Assembly: GCA_021850485.1 (NCBI GenBank) | Contig: JAJZLY010000007.1 | Coordinates: forward strand, 26,973 to 90,972 | Origin: Bacillota bacterium | GTDB taxonomy: Bacteria; Bacillota; Sulfobacillia; JAJZYS01; JAJZLH01 | Length of the DNA: 64,000 bases | Direction of reading: 5' to 3' | In this document: positions 19,105 to 29,910 of the stretch, in pieces | Position numbering within the stretch: position 1 is the first letter of the stretch | Layout of the letters: each line of letters opens with the position of its first letter | Translations under genes and position numbers: made by a program | The notes under the pieces: generated by a model | Told to the model about the DNA's origin: nothing | What the model saw: the letters and a program-made list of their open reading frames with translations, nothing else | Databases searched by the model: none

Positions 19105-19973
19105 GCTGTGGCCTCCTTGGATCGGGCGGTGAAGACGAGCTGTGCGGCGTCGCCGACGGGGCGGTAGCCGATCGCCTGATAGATCTTATTTGAGGTCGGA
19201 TTGGCCAGGTCGGTGAACAGGAAAATGCGCCGGTAGCCCTGGTTCAGACGAGTCTGACTGACCTGGGCGGTGAGCCAGCTGGCGTAGCCGTGCTTGCGCT
19301 CGGCCGGCGGCGTGTAGACTGGTCCGACCCGGATGCCGGTACCGGTCGGTGCGGCCGACCCCACCACCGACACCGGGTGCGGGTTTTGCCACAGCCAAAA
19401 GGCGGCCGTGGCATCACCGAACACCCGGTCCAGGCCACGCCTGGCCGCCTCGGCAGGCGGCCAGGGGGCAGTGGCGATCGTGGTGTGAAAGTCCGTAAAC
19501 CAAGCCAGCAGGAGGTCCCAGTCCGCCTCAGTGGCAAGGCGCAGACTGCCTGCGGGCTCCGGCGGCCAGTGCACCGACGTCAACTCGTAAATCCGCTCGG
19601 CGACTTGGAGCCTGGTGTCGACCGCGTGATGTGCCTGCCAGATCTCGGCAAACCGGTAGGTCAGCTCGCTGGGCCCGGTGACACCGGGCAAGTCAGGGGA
19701 TGCCACCGACAGATCGGCGGCGAGACACGTCAGGGCGTCCTCTCGATCGGACATGGACAGCACCACATTAAACGGGGGGGTCCGCAGTGCGACCAAGACC
19801 ACTTGGTCCGCCTCGAGCACAGCCGCAAAGTAGGCTTCTGGGTAATGACGAGGGTGGGTGGAAAAGGTCGAGAGGATACCCAGGGGCAAATTGTTCAGGG
19901 CCTCCTTCGCCGTGAGGAAATCGCCTGCCACTGCCATTAGCGCCGAAACCGTCTCGAATCGATGCACCTGCAC
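19101..19973 (-). CDS. GNAT N-acetyltransferase (FR47-like C-terminal domain)
   Basis: RVGPVYTPPAERKHGYAS, LFTDLANPTSNKIYQAIGY. Confidence 0.88.
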   Translation of the reverse strand: MQVHRFETVSALMAVAGDFLTAKEALNNLPLGILSTFSTHPRHYPEAYFAAVLEADQVVLVALRTPPFNVVLSMSDREDALTCLAADLSVASPDLPGVTGPSELTYRFAEIWQAHHAVDTRLQVAERIYELTSVHWPPEPAGSLRLATEADWDLLLAWFTDFHTTIATAPWPPAEAARRGLDRVFGDATAAFWLWQNPHPVSVVGSAAPTGTGIRVGPVYTPPAERKHGYASWLTAQVSQTRLNQGYRRIFLFTDLANPTSNKIYQAIGYRPVGDAAQLVFTARSKEATA

Positions 19974-20119
19974 CCCACTCGTCCTCCCTCACGCGCCCGA
20001 TGCCAGACGGCACCTGATTGTCATGGGCCATGGCTCGGGGCCAGGATTCGTGCCGCCAACTGCGGAAGTCACTGGCCGATTTCCATTCGGCCACGCTGGG
20101 TTGACCAACTGGAGGGTTT

Positions 20120-20479
20120 GTGACGGAAGAGCTTTTAGGCGTGTGTGAAGTGACATTTTTCTTATCCGACCTTGAGGCAGGGCGGACGTGGCTCTGTGAC
20201 TTGCTGGACAGTGAACCCACTTTCGATCATCCCGAGTTCAAAACCTTTCAGGCCGGCGCCACCACCATTGGCCTACACCCCGCCGATCCAAAGGCCGCTG
20301 CCGGCAGCGGCGGACAGGTTGCCTACTGGCTGGTGCGTGACCTTGAGCGCACGCTTGTTCATTTTGAAGCCCACGGTTGCGCCCGATTTCGCGGCCCCAT
20401 CCGCGGTGTCGATGGCGCCCGCATCTGCCAAGTCCAAGACCCCTTTGGTAATCTGTGGGGACTGCTCGAGCGAGGTTGA
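20120..20479 (+). CDS. VOC/glyoxalase-family protein
   Basis: FFLSDLEAG, VAYWLVRDLE, QDPFGNLWGL. GGAGG RBS upstream. Confidence 0.82.
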   Translation: MTEELLGVCEVTFFLSDLEAGRTWLCDLLDSEPTFDHPEFKTFQAGATTIGLHPADPKAAAGSGGQVAYWLVRDLERTLVHFEAHGCARFRGPIRGVDGARICQVQDPFGNLWGLLERG

Positions 20480-20521
20480 TCCACTTTCAGCCTAGCCGCT
20501 GAACCGGAGGGAAGCAGCACC

Positions 20522-21142
20522 GTGAATTCATTAGTCATTGGCTTGGGATGGGGGTTTTTGGTCGCAGCCCAGGTCGGCCCGATCTGGTTACTGTGCGCCA
20601 GGAGCGTGCTGCGCGGTACCCTGCGGATCGGCTTGGCCATCGGTCTGGGTGCGGCTCTGATGGACATGGCATACGCTGCAGCGGGTGCTGTGGGTGCGAG
20701 TGCCATTTTGCAGGTCACAGCGCTACGGCTCTCGCTCGGCTTGGCCGGCGCAGCTGTCATCTTGTGGCTGGGCCTTCGCCACTTGGCGACGGCCCTACGC
20801 GTGCGCAGCGGCACGGAGTTGCCGGCAGAGGTGCTCTCTCCGGCGTCGGCCTTTCGCACTTCGCTCCTCGCCACGGCCGCTAACCCGCTGACGATTGCCT
20901 CCTGGGGAGCCATCTTTGCCACGACGGCGAGTGCGCACCTCATGGCGGGAACCATCGACCTGCCGCTGATGCTTCTTGGCGTGGGCATCGGTTCATGGGC
21001 TTGGTTCAGCCTGTTATCCGTCGGCGTCAGCGCCTTGCGGCGGGCATCCAGCGGAGTCAGCGTACGCGCCATGGACCTGGCGTCTTCGCTGGCCCTGGTC
21101 GGCTTCGGCGGCCTGATGGCTTGGCGGACCCTTCGCCTGTGA
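20522..21142 (+). CDS. LysE/RhtB-family exporter
   Basis: GFLVAAQVGPI, GLGAALMD, TAANPLTI..W. About 6 TM segments. Confidence 0.85.
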   Translation: MNSLVIGLGWGFLVAAQVGPIWLLCARSVLRGTLRIGLAIGLGAALMDMAYAAAGAVGASAILQVTALRLSLGLAGAAVILWLGLRHLATALRVRSGTELPAEVLSPASAFRTSLLATAANPLTIASWGAIFATTASAHLMAGTIDLPLMLLGVGIGSWAWFSLLSVGVSALRRASSGVSVRAMDLASSLALVGFGGLMAWRTLRL

Positions 21143-22890
21143 GGGCACGGCCGGCGAATCGACAACGCCCCTCGAGGCTTCGCCAACCGTCTCGTGCCTT
21201 GGCGCTCAGGATCCTGCCGGGGCTCATCTTCCTGTGTATTTCCTTGATCTACTTTGGCAGGCCCGTGATCTTACATCTCACCACCCGCTATATTGGCGCC
21301 GGTCCCGACCCCACCAATATGTTCATGTGGTCCTTGGCCTGGTGGCCGTTCGCTCTTACGCACGGAGTTAATCCATTTCTCAGTGGCTACATCTGGTCGC
21401 CACTGGGATTCAACATCACCTGGCTGACCTCCATCCCCTTTCTGAGCCTTCTGATGTGGCCAGTCACCTGGTTGTTCGGCCTCGTCGCCTCCTACAACGT
21501 CCTGATGATCCTGACACCGGCACTCAGCGCCTTCACTGCCTTCTTGCTGGTGCGAAGGCTGTCTGGCCGGTGGTGGATCGGGTTGTGGGGCGGGTACATG
21601 TTCGGCTTTTCTTCCTATGAGTTCAGTCAGATGCTCGGCCACAGCAACCTGGCGTTTACGGCCCTGGTGCCACTTTTAATTTACATAATTATCTGTCTCT
21701 ACGAGCGGCGGAACGCCCTTTCCCGGTGGACGCCCGCAGTGCTGATCGGACTGATTCTCGCCGCGCAATACGCCATCTCGTCCGAGATCCTCGCCACGCT
21801 CTCCCTGTTTGGTCTGTGCTTCTTGGGCATCGCTTGGCTGGTGGTACCCAAAGAGCGCACCGCTCTCGCTTGGGTCCTGCGCAGCCTGCTGTGGGGATAC
21901 GCGGTGGCCTTCTTGCTGGCCAGCCCGCTGCTCGTCTATCTCTTTCGCGATGTGCCGTTTAGCCGGGTTCTGGTCACCCCGGCGTTTTACTCCACCGATC
22001 TGCTGAACTTGGTGATCCCGACACCGGTCAGCCTGCTCGGTCCGCAACTCAGTCATATCTCGTCCTCGTTTACAGGCAATGTCTCGGAACAAGGTGCCTA
22101 CCTCGGCATCCCGTTCCTGGCTCTGGTGCTTGCAGCCGCTTGGGCGACTTGGAAAAACCCATGGATCCGGACCGCCACCTGGACCATGGCGGTGGTGCTG
22201 GTGGCCTCGCTCGGCCCCATCTTACATGTGGCCGGCCACACGCTGGGTCCCTTAGTTCACATCGGCCAGCACACGTTTGGCGTCATGCCCGGTGCGCTAC
22301 TCACACGCCTACCGCTGCTCGGCCATGCCCTGCCCAGCCGGTTCATGCTCTACGTCGTGCTCCTGGCTGTGATCGTGGCCAGTTCCTATTTGCGCACCGT
22401 CAACTGGCGACTGGCCCTGTCGGTCGCCTTGTTGTCGGTGGCCGTTGTCCTGCCAAACCTGGGTGCCGGCGAGGGCTTGTGGTGGAGTCGCCTGTCTGTA
22501 CCACGCTTCATTGCCAGCGGACAATTCCATGGTGTCATCCCAGCTGGGACAACGGTCCTGGCCTTTCCGGCGGGCAACACCGGCAACTGGATGTTCGACC
22601 AGGCCTGGGCTGGGTTCCCCTTTCGCCTGGAGGAGTCTTATCCTTATGAGCCGTTAGCCTGGGCCAGGCTACCAATCGCCGCCCAGCTCTTTTCCGGACG
22701 CATTGCTGTCGGTCCGGTGGCGGTATCCGAGTTTCAGGGAATGCTCGCCTTTGGCCGGGTGCGGGCGGTGGTCAGCCTGGACCCGGTCCCGGCAGCGCTT
22801 GGCAGGCTGGTACGCGAAGCGGGCCTCTTGCCCTTAGGGACCCACGGCGGCGTCACGGAGTGGCAGGTGCCTTCTGCAATTAGCCCGTAG
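21139..22890 (+). CDS. Polytopic membrane protein, GT-C/YfhO-like glycosyltransferase
   Basis: GPDPTNMFMWSLAWW loop after TM1, G..FGFSSY..Q..GH, STDLLNL..P, EQGAYLG, PSRF, more than 10 TM segments. Start uncertain (GTG overlapping the lysE stop). Confidence 0.65.
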   Translation: MRARPANRQRPSRLRQPSRALALRILPGLIFLCISLIYFGRPVILHLTTRYIGAGPDPTNMFMWSLAWWPFALTHGVNPFLSGYIWSPLGFNITWLTSIPFLSLLMWPVTWLFGLVASYNVLMILTPALSAFTAFLLVRRLSGRWWIGLWGGYMFGFSSYEFSQMLGHSNLAFTALVPLLIYIIICLYERRNALSRWTPAVLIGLILAAQYAISSEILATLSLFGLCFLGIAWLVVPKERTALAWVLRSLLWGYAVAFLLASPLLVYLFRDVPFSRVLVTPAFYSTDLLNLVIPTPVSLLGPQLSHISSSFTGNVSEQGAYLGIPFLALVLAAAWATWKNPWIRTATWTMAVVLVASLGPILHVAGHTLGPLVHIGQHTFGVMPGALLTRLPLLGHALPSRFMLYVVLLAVIVASSYLRTVNWRLALSVALLSVAVVLPNLGAGEGLWWSRLSVPRFIASGQFHGVIPAGTTVLAFPAGNTGNWMFDQAWAGFPFRLEESYPYEPLAWARLPIAAQLFSGRIAVGPVAVSEFQGMLAFGRVRAVVSLDPVPAALGRLVREAGLLPLGTHGGVTEWQVPSAISP

Positions 22891-22948
22891 TCAGCGGACC
22901 GGCCACACTGCGAGCCAGCATTCGGCTAAGCGGCTAGACTGTGAGATC

Positions 22949-23025
<77 letters not shown>

Positions 23026-23247
23026 GTGATACCGGCAGACGGAAAACTCCGCCTCTCGTAATCAGCCTAGATGCGGGCCAGTCGGACTGTCAAGGCAGGC
23101 CGGACCACGGCGGCGGGCGGATGTCGCCAGCATCGGCGACCAGTTAGAGGAGCAGGTGGCACCCCCTTGGCGTGCACTGTGCTACACCTATCTCAGGATG
23201 TCCTACAGGACCAGCCTGTGATCCATGAGATCGGGGGGGTGAACTGC

Positions 23248-24057
23248 ATGGGTGCTTGGGCCATCGTTGCGGCCGTAGTGGTAGTGGTATTGGCCCTGTC
23301 GATCCGGGTCGTGCAGCAGTACGAAAGTGGCGTCTTGTTCCGGCTCGGCCGAGTGATCAGGGTGCGCGAACCTGGGCTCACGATGATCATCCCTATCGTC
23401 GATGTGCTGCGCCGCATCTCTCTGCGCATCAAGACCATGCCCATTCAGTCTCAGGGCATCATCACCAAGGACAACGTGAGCCTCGACATCTCTGCGGTTG
23501 CCTACTACCGGGTCGTCGACGCCGTCAAAGCGGTGGTCGCCATCGAAAACGTCGACCAGGCCATCAACCAGATCGCGCAAACCACCCTGCGCAAGGTCGT
23601 GGGCCAGCATATGCTGGACGACATCTTGGCCGAGACCGAGCGGATCAACGCCCTGATCCCTCAGATTTTGGACCCGCTCACTCAAGGCTGGGGTGTGATC
23701 GTCAGCATCGTGGAGTTGAAGGACATCCAGTTGCCGGAAGAGATGAAGCGGGCGATGGCCAGGCAGGCCGAGGCAGAACGCGAGAAGCGGGCCAAGATCA
23801 TCGCCGCCGAAGGAGAGCTACTGGCCGTCGGTGCACTCAGTCAAGCGGCGGACATCATGCAGGCGCACCCGATCACCCTGCAGCTGCGCACCTTGCAAAC
23901 CTTGGCCGAGATCGCGGTGGACAAAAATTCCACAGTCGTGTTCCCGGCTCCCCTGATGAGCACTATTCAGGAGCTGGGCAGCTTCCTGGCCGCAGAGCGC
24001 CAGGCGGCCACCAGCCCGCCGGTCGTGCCTGCCACGGGCGCCGACGCCACCGAGTAG
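23248..24057 (+). CDS. SPFH/band-7 (slipin/stomatin-like) protein
   Basis: N-terminal TM, QYESGVLFRLG, ITKDNV, AQTTLRKVVG, MARQAEAEREKRAKIIAAEGE, LQLRTLQTL. Confidence 0.93.
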   Translation: MGAWAIVAAVVVVVLALSIRVVQQYESGVLFRLGRVIRVREPGLTMIIPIVDVLRRISLRIKTMPIQSQGIITKDNVSLDISAVAYYRVVDAVKAVVAIENVDQAINQIAQTTLRKVVGQHMLDDILAETERINALIPQILDPLTQGWGVIVSIVELKDIQLPEEMKRAMARQAEAEREKRAKIIAAEGELLAVGALSQAADIMQAHPITLQLRTLQTLAEIAVDKNSTVVFPAPLMSTIQELGSFLAAERQAATSPPVVPATGADATE

Positions 24058-24139
24058 GCTAGAGACCGAGACCCTTAGGCAACCCCTGCTCACCAGGCTG
24101 CGAGATCGAGCTGGTCTGCCGTTCCAGATAGGTAGGAAG

Positions 24140-24213
24140 TGGAGCGGGTGGCGGGAATCGAACCCGCGCTATCAGCTTGGAAGGCTGAAGTTCTACCATT
24201 GAACTACACCCGC
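24140..24213 (-). tRNA. tRNA-Gly(TCC)
   Basis: GCGGGTGTAGTTCAATGGTAGAAC-TTCAGC-CTTCCAA-GCTGA..GTTCGATTCCCGCCACCCGCTCCA, 74 nt. Confidence 0.96.
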
Positions 24214-24336
24214 GCTGGTCGATCCTATCATAATGGACGCCCGCCACCATGGGCTGGCCGTTACTCCATGCAGGAGACTCATCGCGCGCTCCCTAAATGC
24301 ATAGTTGCGCCCCGACCCTCGGGGAGGAGGGTTCTT

Positions 24337-25890
24337 GTGCCATCTGCCCCCGTTGCCGAACCGATCAGTGCCGACTTCTTACAGGCGTTTCGTTTGGCTG
24401 CAGATCTCTCTCAACGGCTGTTCGGGGCCGAGTTTGTCGCAGTAGCGTTGCCGGTGGCACATGAGACCTTGCGCTTTGTCGTCTCCGTCGGATTTCCCGA
24501 AGAACTTTCCGAGTCACAATGGGGCCAAGGTTTTTCTATTAACGACGGCGTGGCTGGCTTCGTGTATCGGACCGGTAAGCCCCACTTCACCTCTGGACGC
24601 GGCCGGGTGCGCCCGTTGCCTCTGTTCCAGGCGATCCACGGTCAGAGCATGCTCAGCGTGCCGATCCGGATCGGCGCCGAGGTCCAGGGTGTGCTCAACG
24701 TCGGATGGAAACGACAAGTTCGGCGGCCAACTCCGGCCAGGATTCATCTCCTGGAACTGATCGCCGACCAGATCGCCCTCACCCGCAAGCTCCACGACAT
24801 GCATCGCGACCTGGAGGAGAGCGAGCGGCGCGCCCAGCGGCTGATGACCCTAAACGGCATCTTATCTCGCATCAACCTGAGTATCGTCGGTGCCCGTAAC
24901 CGCCAGAACCTGTTGGCCAGGATGTGCGAGACCATCACCGCCGACGGGCATTTTGCCCTGGCCTGGATCGGTATCGCCGACCCCGGCGGCGGCGAGGTGC
25001 GGGTCGAGGCGGCATCGGGTGAGGCCACTGAGTACTTAGCCCATCTCAGGGTCAGCATCGATCCGGAGAGCCCTTACGGACAAGGGCCCACCGGACGCGC
25101 CCTGCGCGCAGAAGGTACGCAGATTATTTCAGACTTGTGGCACAGCACCACCTTCGCGCCCTGGGTGGAGTACGCCCAGCCACTAGGCCTGCGCTCGTGC
25201 ATCGCCGCCAGATTTCAAGACACGGACGGCACGGCGGGGGCGCTTTCGGTGTACTCCACGGAATTCAACGCCTTCGATCATCCGGAGATCCAAGAACTGA
25301 TGGCGGAGATGGTTTCCAGCATCACCTTTGCCCTCGCCCATCTCGCCCTGGTCAACCAGGAGGCCACCGCCGAACAAAAAGTCCGCTACCTAGCCTATCA
25401 CGATCCCTTGACCGGCCTGCCCAACCGCCTGTTGTTAGAAGATCGCCTGCACCAGCTTCTAGAGGCCGGCCGTCGCTACCACCGCTCGTTCGCGGTGTGT
25501 GTGATCGATCTGGATGAATTCAAGACGATCAACGACAGCCACGGCCATCACCTGGGTGACCGGGTGTTGCGCCAGGTGACAGAGCGCCTGTCCGCCTCGC
25601 TGCGCGCAGTGGACACCATGGCCCGCTTTGGTGGAGATGAGTTCGTGGTGCTGGTGGATGCCGTTGGCGACGAGGTGCACCTGACGGTTACCCTGACTCG
25701 CCTGATCGAACTGACGCAGCAGCCGATCACCGTCGACGATCAACAGTTCCACCTGAGCGCAAGTATCGGCGCCGCGCTCTTCCCGTCGGACGGCCAAGAA
25801 CCAGAGCTCTTGGTCAGCCGTGCCGACCGGGCGATGTACGCGGCAAAGGCGGCCGGCGGCGGCTGTTACCGCCTGGCAGGGAGAGTCTGA
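24337..25890 (+). CDS. Diguanylate cyclase with two GAF domains
   Basis: GAF-GAF-GGDEF: HDPLTGLPNR, DLDEFKTINDSHGH..GD, I-site RAVD, RFGGDEF. GTG at 24337 after GGAGGAGG (the track start lies inside tRNA-Gly). Confidence 0.92.
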   Translation: MPSAPVAEPISADFLQAFRLAADLSQRLFGAEFVAVALPVAHETLRFVVSVGFPEELSESQWGQGFSINDGVAGFVYRTGKPHFTSGRGRVRPLPLFQAIHGQSMLSVPIRIGAEVQGVLNVGWKRQVRRPTPARIHLLELIADQIALTRKLHDMHRDLEESERRAQRLMTLNGILSRINLSIVGARNRQNLLARMCETITADGHFALAWIGIADPGGGEVRVEAASGEATEYLAHLRVSIDPESPYGQGPTGRALRAEGTQIISDLWHSTTFAPWVEYAQPLGLRSCIAARFQDTDGTAGALSVYSTEFNAFDHPEIQELMAEMVSSITFALAHLALVNQEATAEQKVRYLAYHDPLTGLPNRLLLEDRLHQLLEAGRRYHRSFAVCVIDLDEFKTINDSHGHHLGDRVLRQVTERLSASLRAVDTMARFGGDEFVVLVDAVGDEVHLTVTLTRLIELTQQPITVDDQQFHLSASIGAALFPSDGQEPELLVSRADRAMYAAKAAGGGCYRLAGRV

Positions 25891-25959
25891 CGGCAGATCA
25901 CTGGGCCCGTGTCACGCGCTGGTGCGGCTCGTCCATCGCTCGCTGAGCTTTCGTCTGAC

Positions 25960-26036
<77 letters not shown>

Positions 26037-26053
26037 ACACTGTCCCGTTCATT

Positions 26054-26665
26054 CTATCTGGCATCGGGCCTAGGGTCAAAGCGGCCAGATCGCTGCAGCT
26101 CGGCCATCAGCCGTCTGGCAGCCCGGCCCCGGTGAGACACGGCCGCTTTGGCCGACTCCGTCGCCTCGGCGAAGGTGATGCCCAGCTCATCCGAGATGAA
26201 CAGCGGATCATAGCCAAAGCCACCCACCCCGCGTTCCGCCTCGGCGATGGTGCCACTGCAGCTGCCCGTGGCGGCCAGGGCGCCGTGGCCGACGCGCAGC
26301 AACACCAACACCGCAACGAATGTGGCTAGGCGGCTGGCGCCTGGCAGGGCGCCCAACTCAGCCAGCAGCTTGGTGCGATTTTCCAGATCACCGGCCGCCG
26401 CCCCGGCATAGCGGGCACTGTGGATCCCGGGCTGGCCGCCAAGTGCCGCCACTTCCAGGCCGGAATCATCGGCCAGCACCCAGTCCAGGGTCTGACCGCG
26501 CACGACCTGGGCCTTGGCCATGGCGTTTTCCAGATAGCTCGCCCCGGTCTCCTCGGCGAGTTGTTCCCCTGGCCAGGCTCTTAGATCAAATGAGGCGCCC
26601 AACAGGTGCTGCAATTCCGCCACCTTGCCCGCATTGCGGCTGGCCACCCAGACCCGCACGCTCAC
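26054..26665 (-). CDS. rdgB: dITP/XTP pyrophosphatase (Ham1 family)
   Basis: [45 protein letters not shown]. Confidence 0.95.
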   Translation of the reverse strand: MSVRVWVASRNAGKVAELQHLLGASFDLRAWPGEQLAEETGASYLENAMAKAQVVRGQTLDWVLADDSGLEVAALGGQPGIHSARYAGAAAGDLENRTKLLAELGALPGASRLATFVAVLVLLRVGHGALAATGSCSGTIAEAERGVGGFGYDPLFISDELGITFAEATESAKAAVSHRGRAARRLMAELQRSGRFDPRPDAR

Positions 26666-27387
26666 GGCTTATGCGCCGCGGCGATGGCTGTTTCTTGCAC
26701 CACCAACAGCTCTGCGATGCCTTTTTTCGCCAGTGCCAGCAGTCGGTTCAAGGTTGGCTCCGCAAAGGGCGCGCGCTCGGCGGTTGCCTGCACCTCCACG
26801 AACTGTCCGCCAGCGGTGAGCACCACGTTCATATCCACCTCGGCACGCACGTCTTCTTGGTACTCCAGGTCGAGCAGCGCCTCGCCGTCGACCACACCCA
26901 CCGACACCGCCGCCAGGGGCTGGCGAATCGGCGATTTGGCGACAACGCCGGAGCGGACCAGACCCGAGACGGCAAGCGCCATCGCCACATAGCAACCGGT
27001 CACCGCCGCCGTGCGGGTGCCTCCATCTGCCTCCAAGACGTCAGCATCTAGCCACAAAGACCGCTCTCCCAGTTGGTCCAGGTCGACCACGGCCCGCAGC
27101 GACCGGCCGATCAGCCGCTGGATCTCGTGGGTGCGCCCGCCAGGGGCGCCTCTGACCACCTCTCTTGGCGTGCGGGTGAGCGTGGATCTAGGCAACAGCG
27201 CGTATTCAGCGGTCACCCAGCCGCCACCAGATCCCCGTCGAAAGGGCGGCACCTTGTCCTCCACGGAACAGGCGCACAGCACCCGCGTTGCACCGAACGA
27301 GACCAGCGCCGAGCCCTCGGCGTGGCTGAGCCAGTTTGGCTCGATGGTGACCACTCGCATCTGGTCTACAGCGCGACCCTGACGCAT
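26662..27387 (-). CDS. rph: Ribonuclease PH
   Basis: [53 protein letters not shown]. True start ATG 27387. Confidence 0.96.
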   Translation of the reverse strand: MRQGRAVDQMRVVTIEPNWLSHAEGSALVSFGATRVLCACSVEDKVPPFRRGSGGGWVTAEYALLPRSTLTRTPREVVRGAPGGRTHEIQRLIGRSLRAVVDLDQLGERSLWLDADVLEADGGTRTAAVTGCYVAMALAVSGLVRSGVVAKSPIRQPLAAVSVGVVDGEALLDLEYQEDVRAEVDMNVVLTAGGQFVEVQATAERAPFAEPTLNRLLALAKKGIAELLVVQETAIAAAHKP

Positions 27388-27476
27388 CCAACTCCCCCTT
27401 TGCCTCCAGACGATGGTAACCGATGGACCATGGCAAAGGGGCCGGCAAAGCGCCGGCCCCTTTGGTGGTTTCGGTC

Positions 27477-28883
27477 CTACTTGCCGGCCGTCTCCATGGC
27501 TGCCGGCCGCTCCTGGGCGACGCCCTTGGCCCGGCTGTACACCAGATAGCCGATGCCGGCCAGCAGGAAGCTGACGTAGTAGGTGATGTCTCCGAGTTGC
27601 GGCACGGCGTTTGCGATCGGACCGATGAAGTTCAGTTGCGGACTGACGTATTGGTTCATGAACAGCACCGAGACCGCCACCGAGCCGATCCAGAACCAGA
27701 ACCCAGGCTTCACGCCCCGGCTCTTGTCGTAAAAGATGGCGGTGCGGTACTCGCCCTTTTGGATCAAGAAATAGTCGACCAACACGATCGCCACCCAGGG
27801 AGCGATCCAGTATCCGAGGAGGAACAAGAAGAACTCGAAGTTCACCAGGAAGTTTCCCTGGCCGGCGGTCCAGGCCACCACCGCGCCGAGCACGCCAACC
27901 ACGATCGCTGACTGCCAGCGCTTGATCGGAACGTTCACGACCAGGGCGGACAGAGCGCCAGAGTAGATGTTGAGCACATTGGCGGTGATGGTGCCGATGA
28001 TGACCGCCACCATCGCCATCACGGCAATGGCGTGTGGTACCAACCCGGTGACCAAGTCCGTCGGTGCGAAGATCGGCTTGACCGTGGACAGCAGCAGCCC
28101 GACCAGTTCCAGCCAGGCGCAGGAGATGAGCGCCGACCAAAATACGTTGTGGAACACGGTCTTGGGTTTGGTCGACTTCGGCAAATAACGGGAGTAGTCA
28201 GACGAAAAGGCCATCCAGCCGAGCAGGTAGGAAAACGCCACCGAGAAGGTGAGGATGAAGGCGCCGCTTGGACCTGCCGCCCCGGCCACCTTCGGGTTGA
28301 AGCCAATCGTCATGTTCGCCTTGGTGATGGCGTAGTAGCTGACGATCAGGAATACGACGGTGAGCAGGATCGACATGTACCGCTCAAACGAGTGGATCAT
28401 GTTGTAGCCCAAGATTGCGATCAGCACCTGCACCACCAGCATCACGATCAACGCCGTGGCGAAGGTGATCCCGATCAGGTACTGCAGCGCCTCGACGCCG
28501 AGAACGGTGTTCACGGCGAACCAGGCGAAGCCGGCCACGAAGTTCAAAACACCGGGCAGATAGTTGCCGTAGTAGCCGAAGGCCTTGCGCGACTGAATCA
28601 GCTGAGGTACGCCCAGCCGTGGTCCGTACAGAGACAGCAGAGCCAGCAGAGCCGCACCAAGGACGTTTGCGAGAACCAGGGCCACCACGGCCTGACCAAA
28701 GCCCAGACCGAAGACCACGATCGGCAGGGCGCCGACCGCCAGCGTCGCAAACTCGACGTTTGCCCCCCACCACAGCGTGAACAGACTCGATGGCCTGCCA
28801 TGACGCTCCTCGTCGCGGACCGGCTCGACACCTTTCGGCTCAACCTTCAAGACCTCGTCCCTGTACTCCGACCTGACGGCCAC
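27477..28883 (-). CDS. NCS1 (purine-cytosine permease-like) transporter
   Basis: [49 protein letters not shown]. About 12 TM segments. Confidence 0.9.
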   Translation of the reverse strand: MAVRSEYRDEVLKVEPKGVEPVRDEERHGRPSSLFTLWWGANVEFATLAVGALPIVVFGLGFGQAVVALVLANVLGAALLALLSLYGPRLGVPQLIQSRKAFGYYGNYLPGVLNFVAGFAWFAVNTVLGVEALQYLIGITFATALIVMLVVQVLIAILGYNMIHSFERYMSILLTVVFLIVSYYAITKANMTIGFNPKVAGAAGPSGAFILTFSVAFSYLLGWMAFSSDYSRYLPKSTKPKTVFHNVFWSALISCAWLELVGLLLSTVKPIFAPTDLVTGLVPHAIAVMAMVAVIIGTITANVLNIYSGALSALVVNVPIKRWQSAIVVGVLGAVVAWTAGQGNFLVNFEFFLFLLGYWIAPWVAIVLVDYFLIQKGEYRTAIFYDKSRGVKPGFWFWIGSVAVSVLFMNQYVSPQLNFIGPIANAVPQLGDITYYVSFLLAGIGYLVYSRAKGVAQERPAAMETAGK

Positions 28884-28898
28884 GCCCCCGCCCTCCCA

Positions 28899-28940
28899 TA
28901 TCCGAACATTAAGACACTCGTAGCGTAATATGTTCGGATA
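28899..28940. promoter_or_regulatory. AT-rich 11-bp inverted repeat directly upstream of the NCS1 RBS
   Basis: TATCCGAACAT-N20-ATGTTCGGATA. Confidence 0.55.
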
Positions 28941-28947
28941 ATGTTGT

Positions 28948-29871
28948 CTAGAGGTCTGAAAAAATTCCCATCGCCTGCTCGGCCAGGACGATCATCGAGC
29001 TTAATGTGCTGTTCACCGGACACCAGATGCCGGCTGCCTCGCCGTAGCGGGCCACCGCTCCATTCAAGGCCCGGATCTCGGTGCGCCGACCCCGCCTGAG
29101 GTCTTGCAGCATCGAACACTGATTGGCGCGCGTGCCTGCCAACACCGCCTGTATGGCCGGCCAGTCAGTGGCCAGCGACGCCCCGCGTGTAGCGGCCACC
29201 GATGCCACCTCGGCCAGCACCTGGTGGGCGAGGGCCTCCGTTCCTGCCAACTCGAGCAGCTGGCCGTTGGTACAGCCGAGCAGCGCCGCAACCGGATTGA
29301 TCACGGCGTTGATGGCGAGCTTGTTCCAGATCAGCGGCCACGGATCGGAGACGGCTCTGGCGGCCAGGCCCGCACCGTCGAGAAGGGCCGCAGTTTGCAC
29401 AGCCAGGTCGGCGTCGGCCGGCTGCAGCGCGGCCAGCTCGGTCAGTCCACGGCCAGCCACCACCACCTCGCCTGCAGAGGCCGTGCGGGAGCCTTGGGTC
29501 GTCGTACCGGCCAACAGATGACAGCCGGGTAGCGTCGCCAAGATGGCCTCCACATTTCCCAGCCCATTTTGCAAGGTGAGCACTGCCGTATCGGGGCCGA
29601 CGGCAGGCACGGCGGTCCGGCAGGCCGCTGCCGTGTCGTCCGCTTTGACCATGATTACGACCAAGTCCGCCGCGCCTGGGCCGGCCTCGCTGCGCACTGC
29701 GAGCGGGAGTACTGCTTGGTCCGCTCCTTCGGTCAAAATCAGGCCACGCCCGGCGATCGCTTCTCCGGTGGCTCGATTTCGGCTGACCAGGGTTACCTCG
29801 TGGCCGGCCTGGAACAGGCGGCCACCGATCAGGCCGCCCATGGCGCCGGCGCCGATCACGGTCACCCGCAC
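28948..29871 (-). CDS. panE: 2-dehydropantoate 2-reductase (ApbA/PanE)
   Basis: GAGAMG, LQNGLGN, WNKLAINAVINP, SMLQD..GRRTEIRALNG. Confidence 0.9.
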   Translation of the reverse strand: MRVTVIGAGAMGGLIGGRLFQAGHEVTLVSRNRATGEAIAGRGLILTEGADQAVLPLAVRSEAGPGAADLVVIMVKADDTAAACRTAVPAVGPDTAVLTLQNGLGNVEAILATLPGCHLLAGTTTQGSRTASAGEVVVAGRGLTELAALQPADADLAVQTAALLDGAGLAARAVSDPWPLIWNKLAINAVINPVAALLGCTNGQLLELAGTEALAHQVLAEVASVAATRGASLATDWPAIQAVLAGTRANQCSMLQDLRRGRRTEIRALNGAVARYGEAAGIWCPVNSTLSSMIVLAEQAMGIFSDL

Positions 29872-29910
29872 GGCCTGCCCTCCTCTCTGCGGAACACCGG
29901 GTCAAATGAT

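Noticed and set aside
20073..20093. TGGCCGA-N7-TCGGCCA inverted repeat between the GNAT and VOC genes
   Set aside because: This is a short GC-rich palindrome, plausible by chance, with no supporting promoter context.
17573..22948. Integrative element at tRNA-Arg with att sites
   Set aside because: No integrase and no duplicated tRNA 3' fragment were found by eye.
26662..28140. 492-aa extended RNase PH fusion in the ORF track
   Set aside because: The extension overlaps the NCS1 gene in another frame. The real rph starts at ATG 27387.
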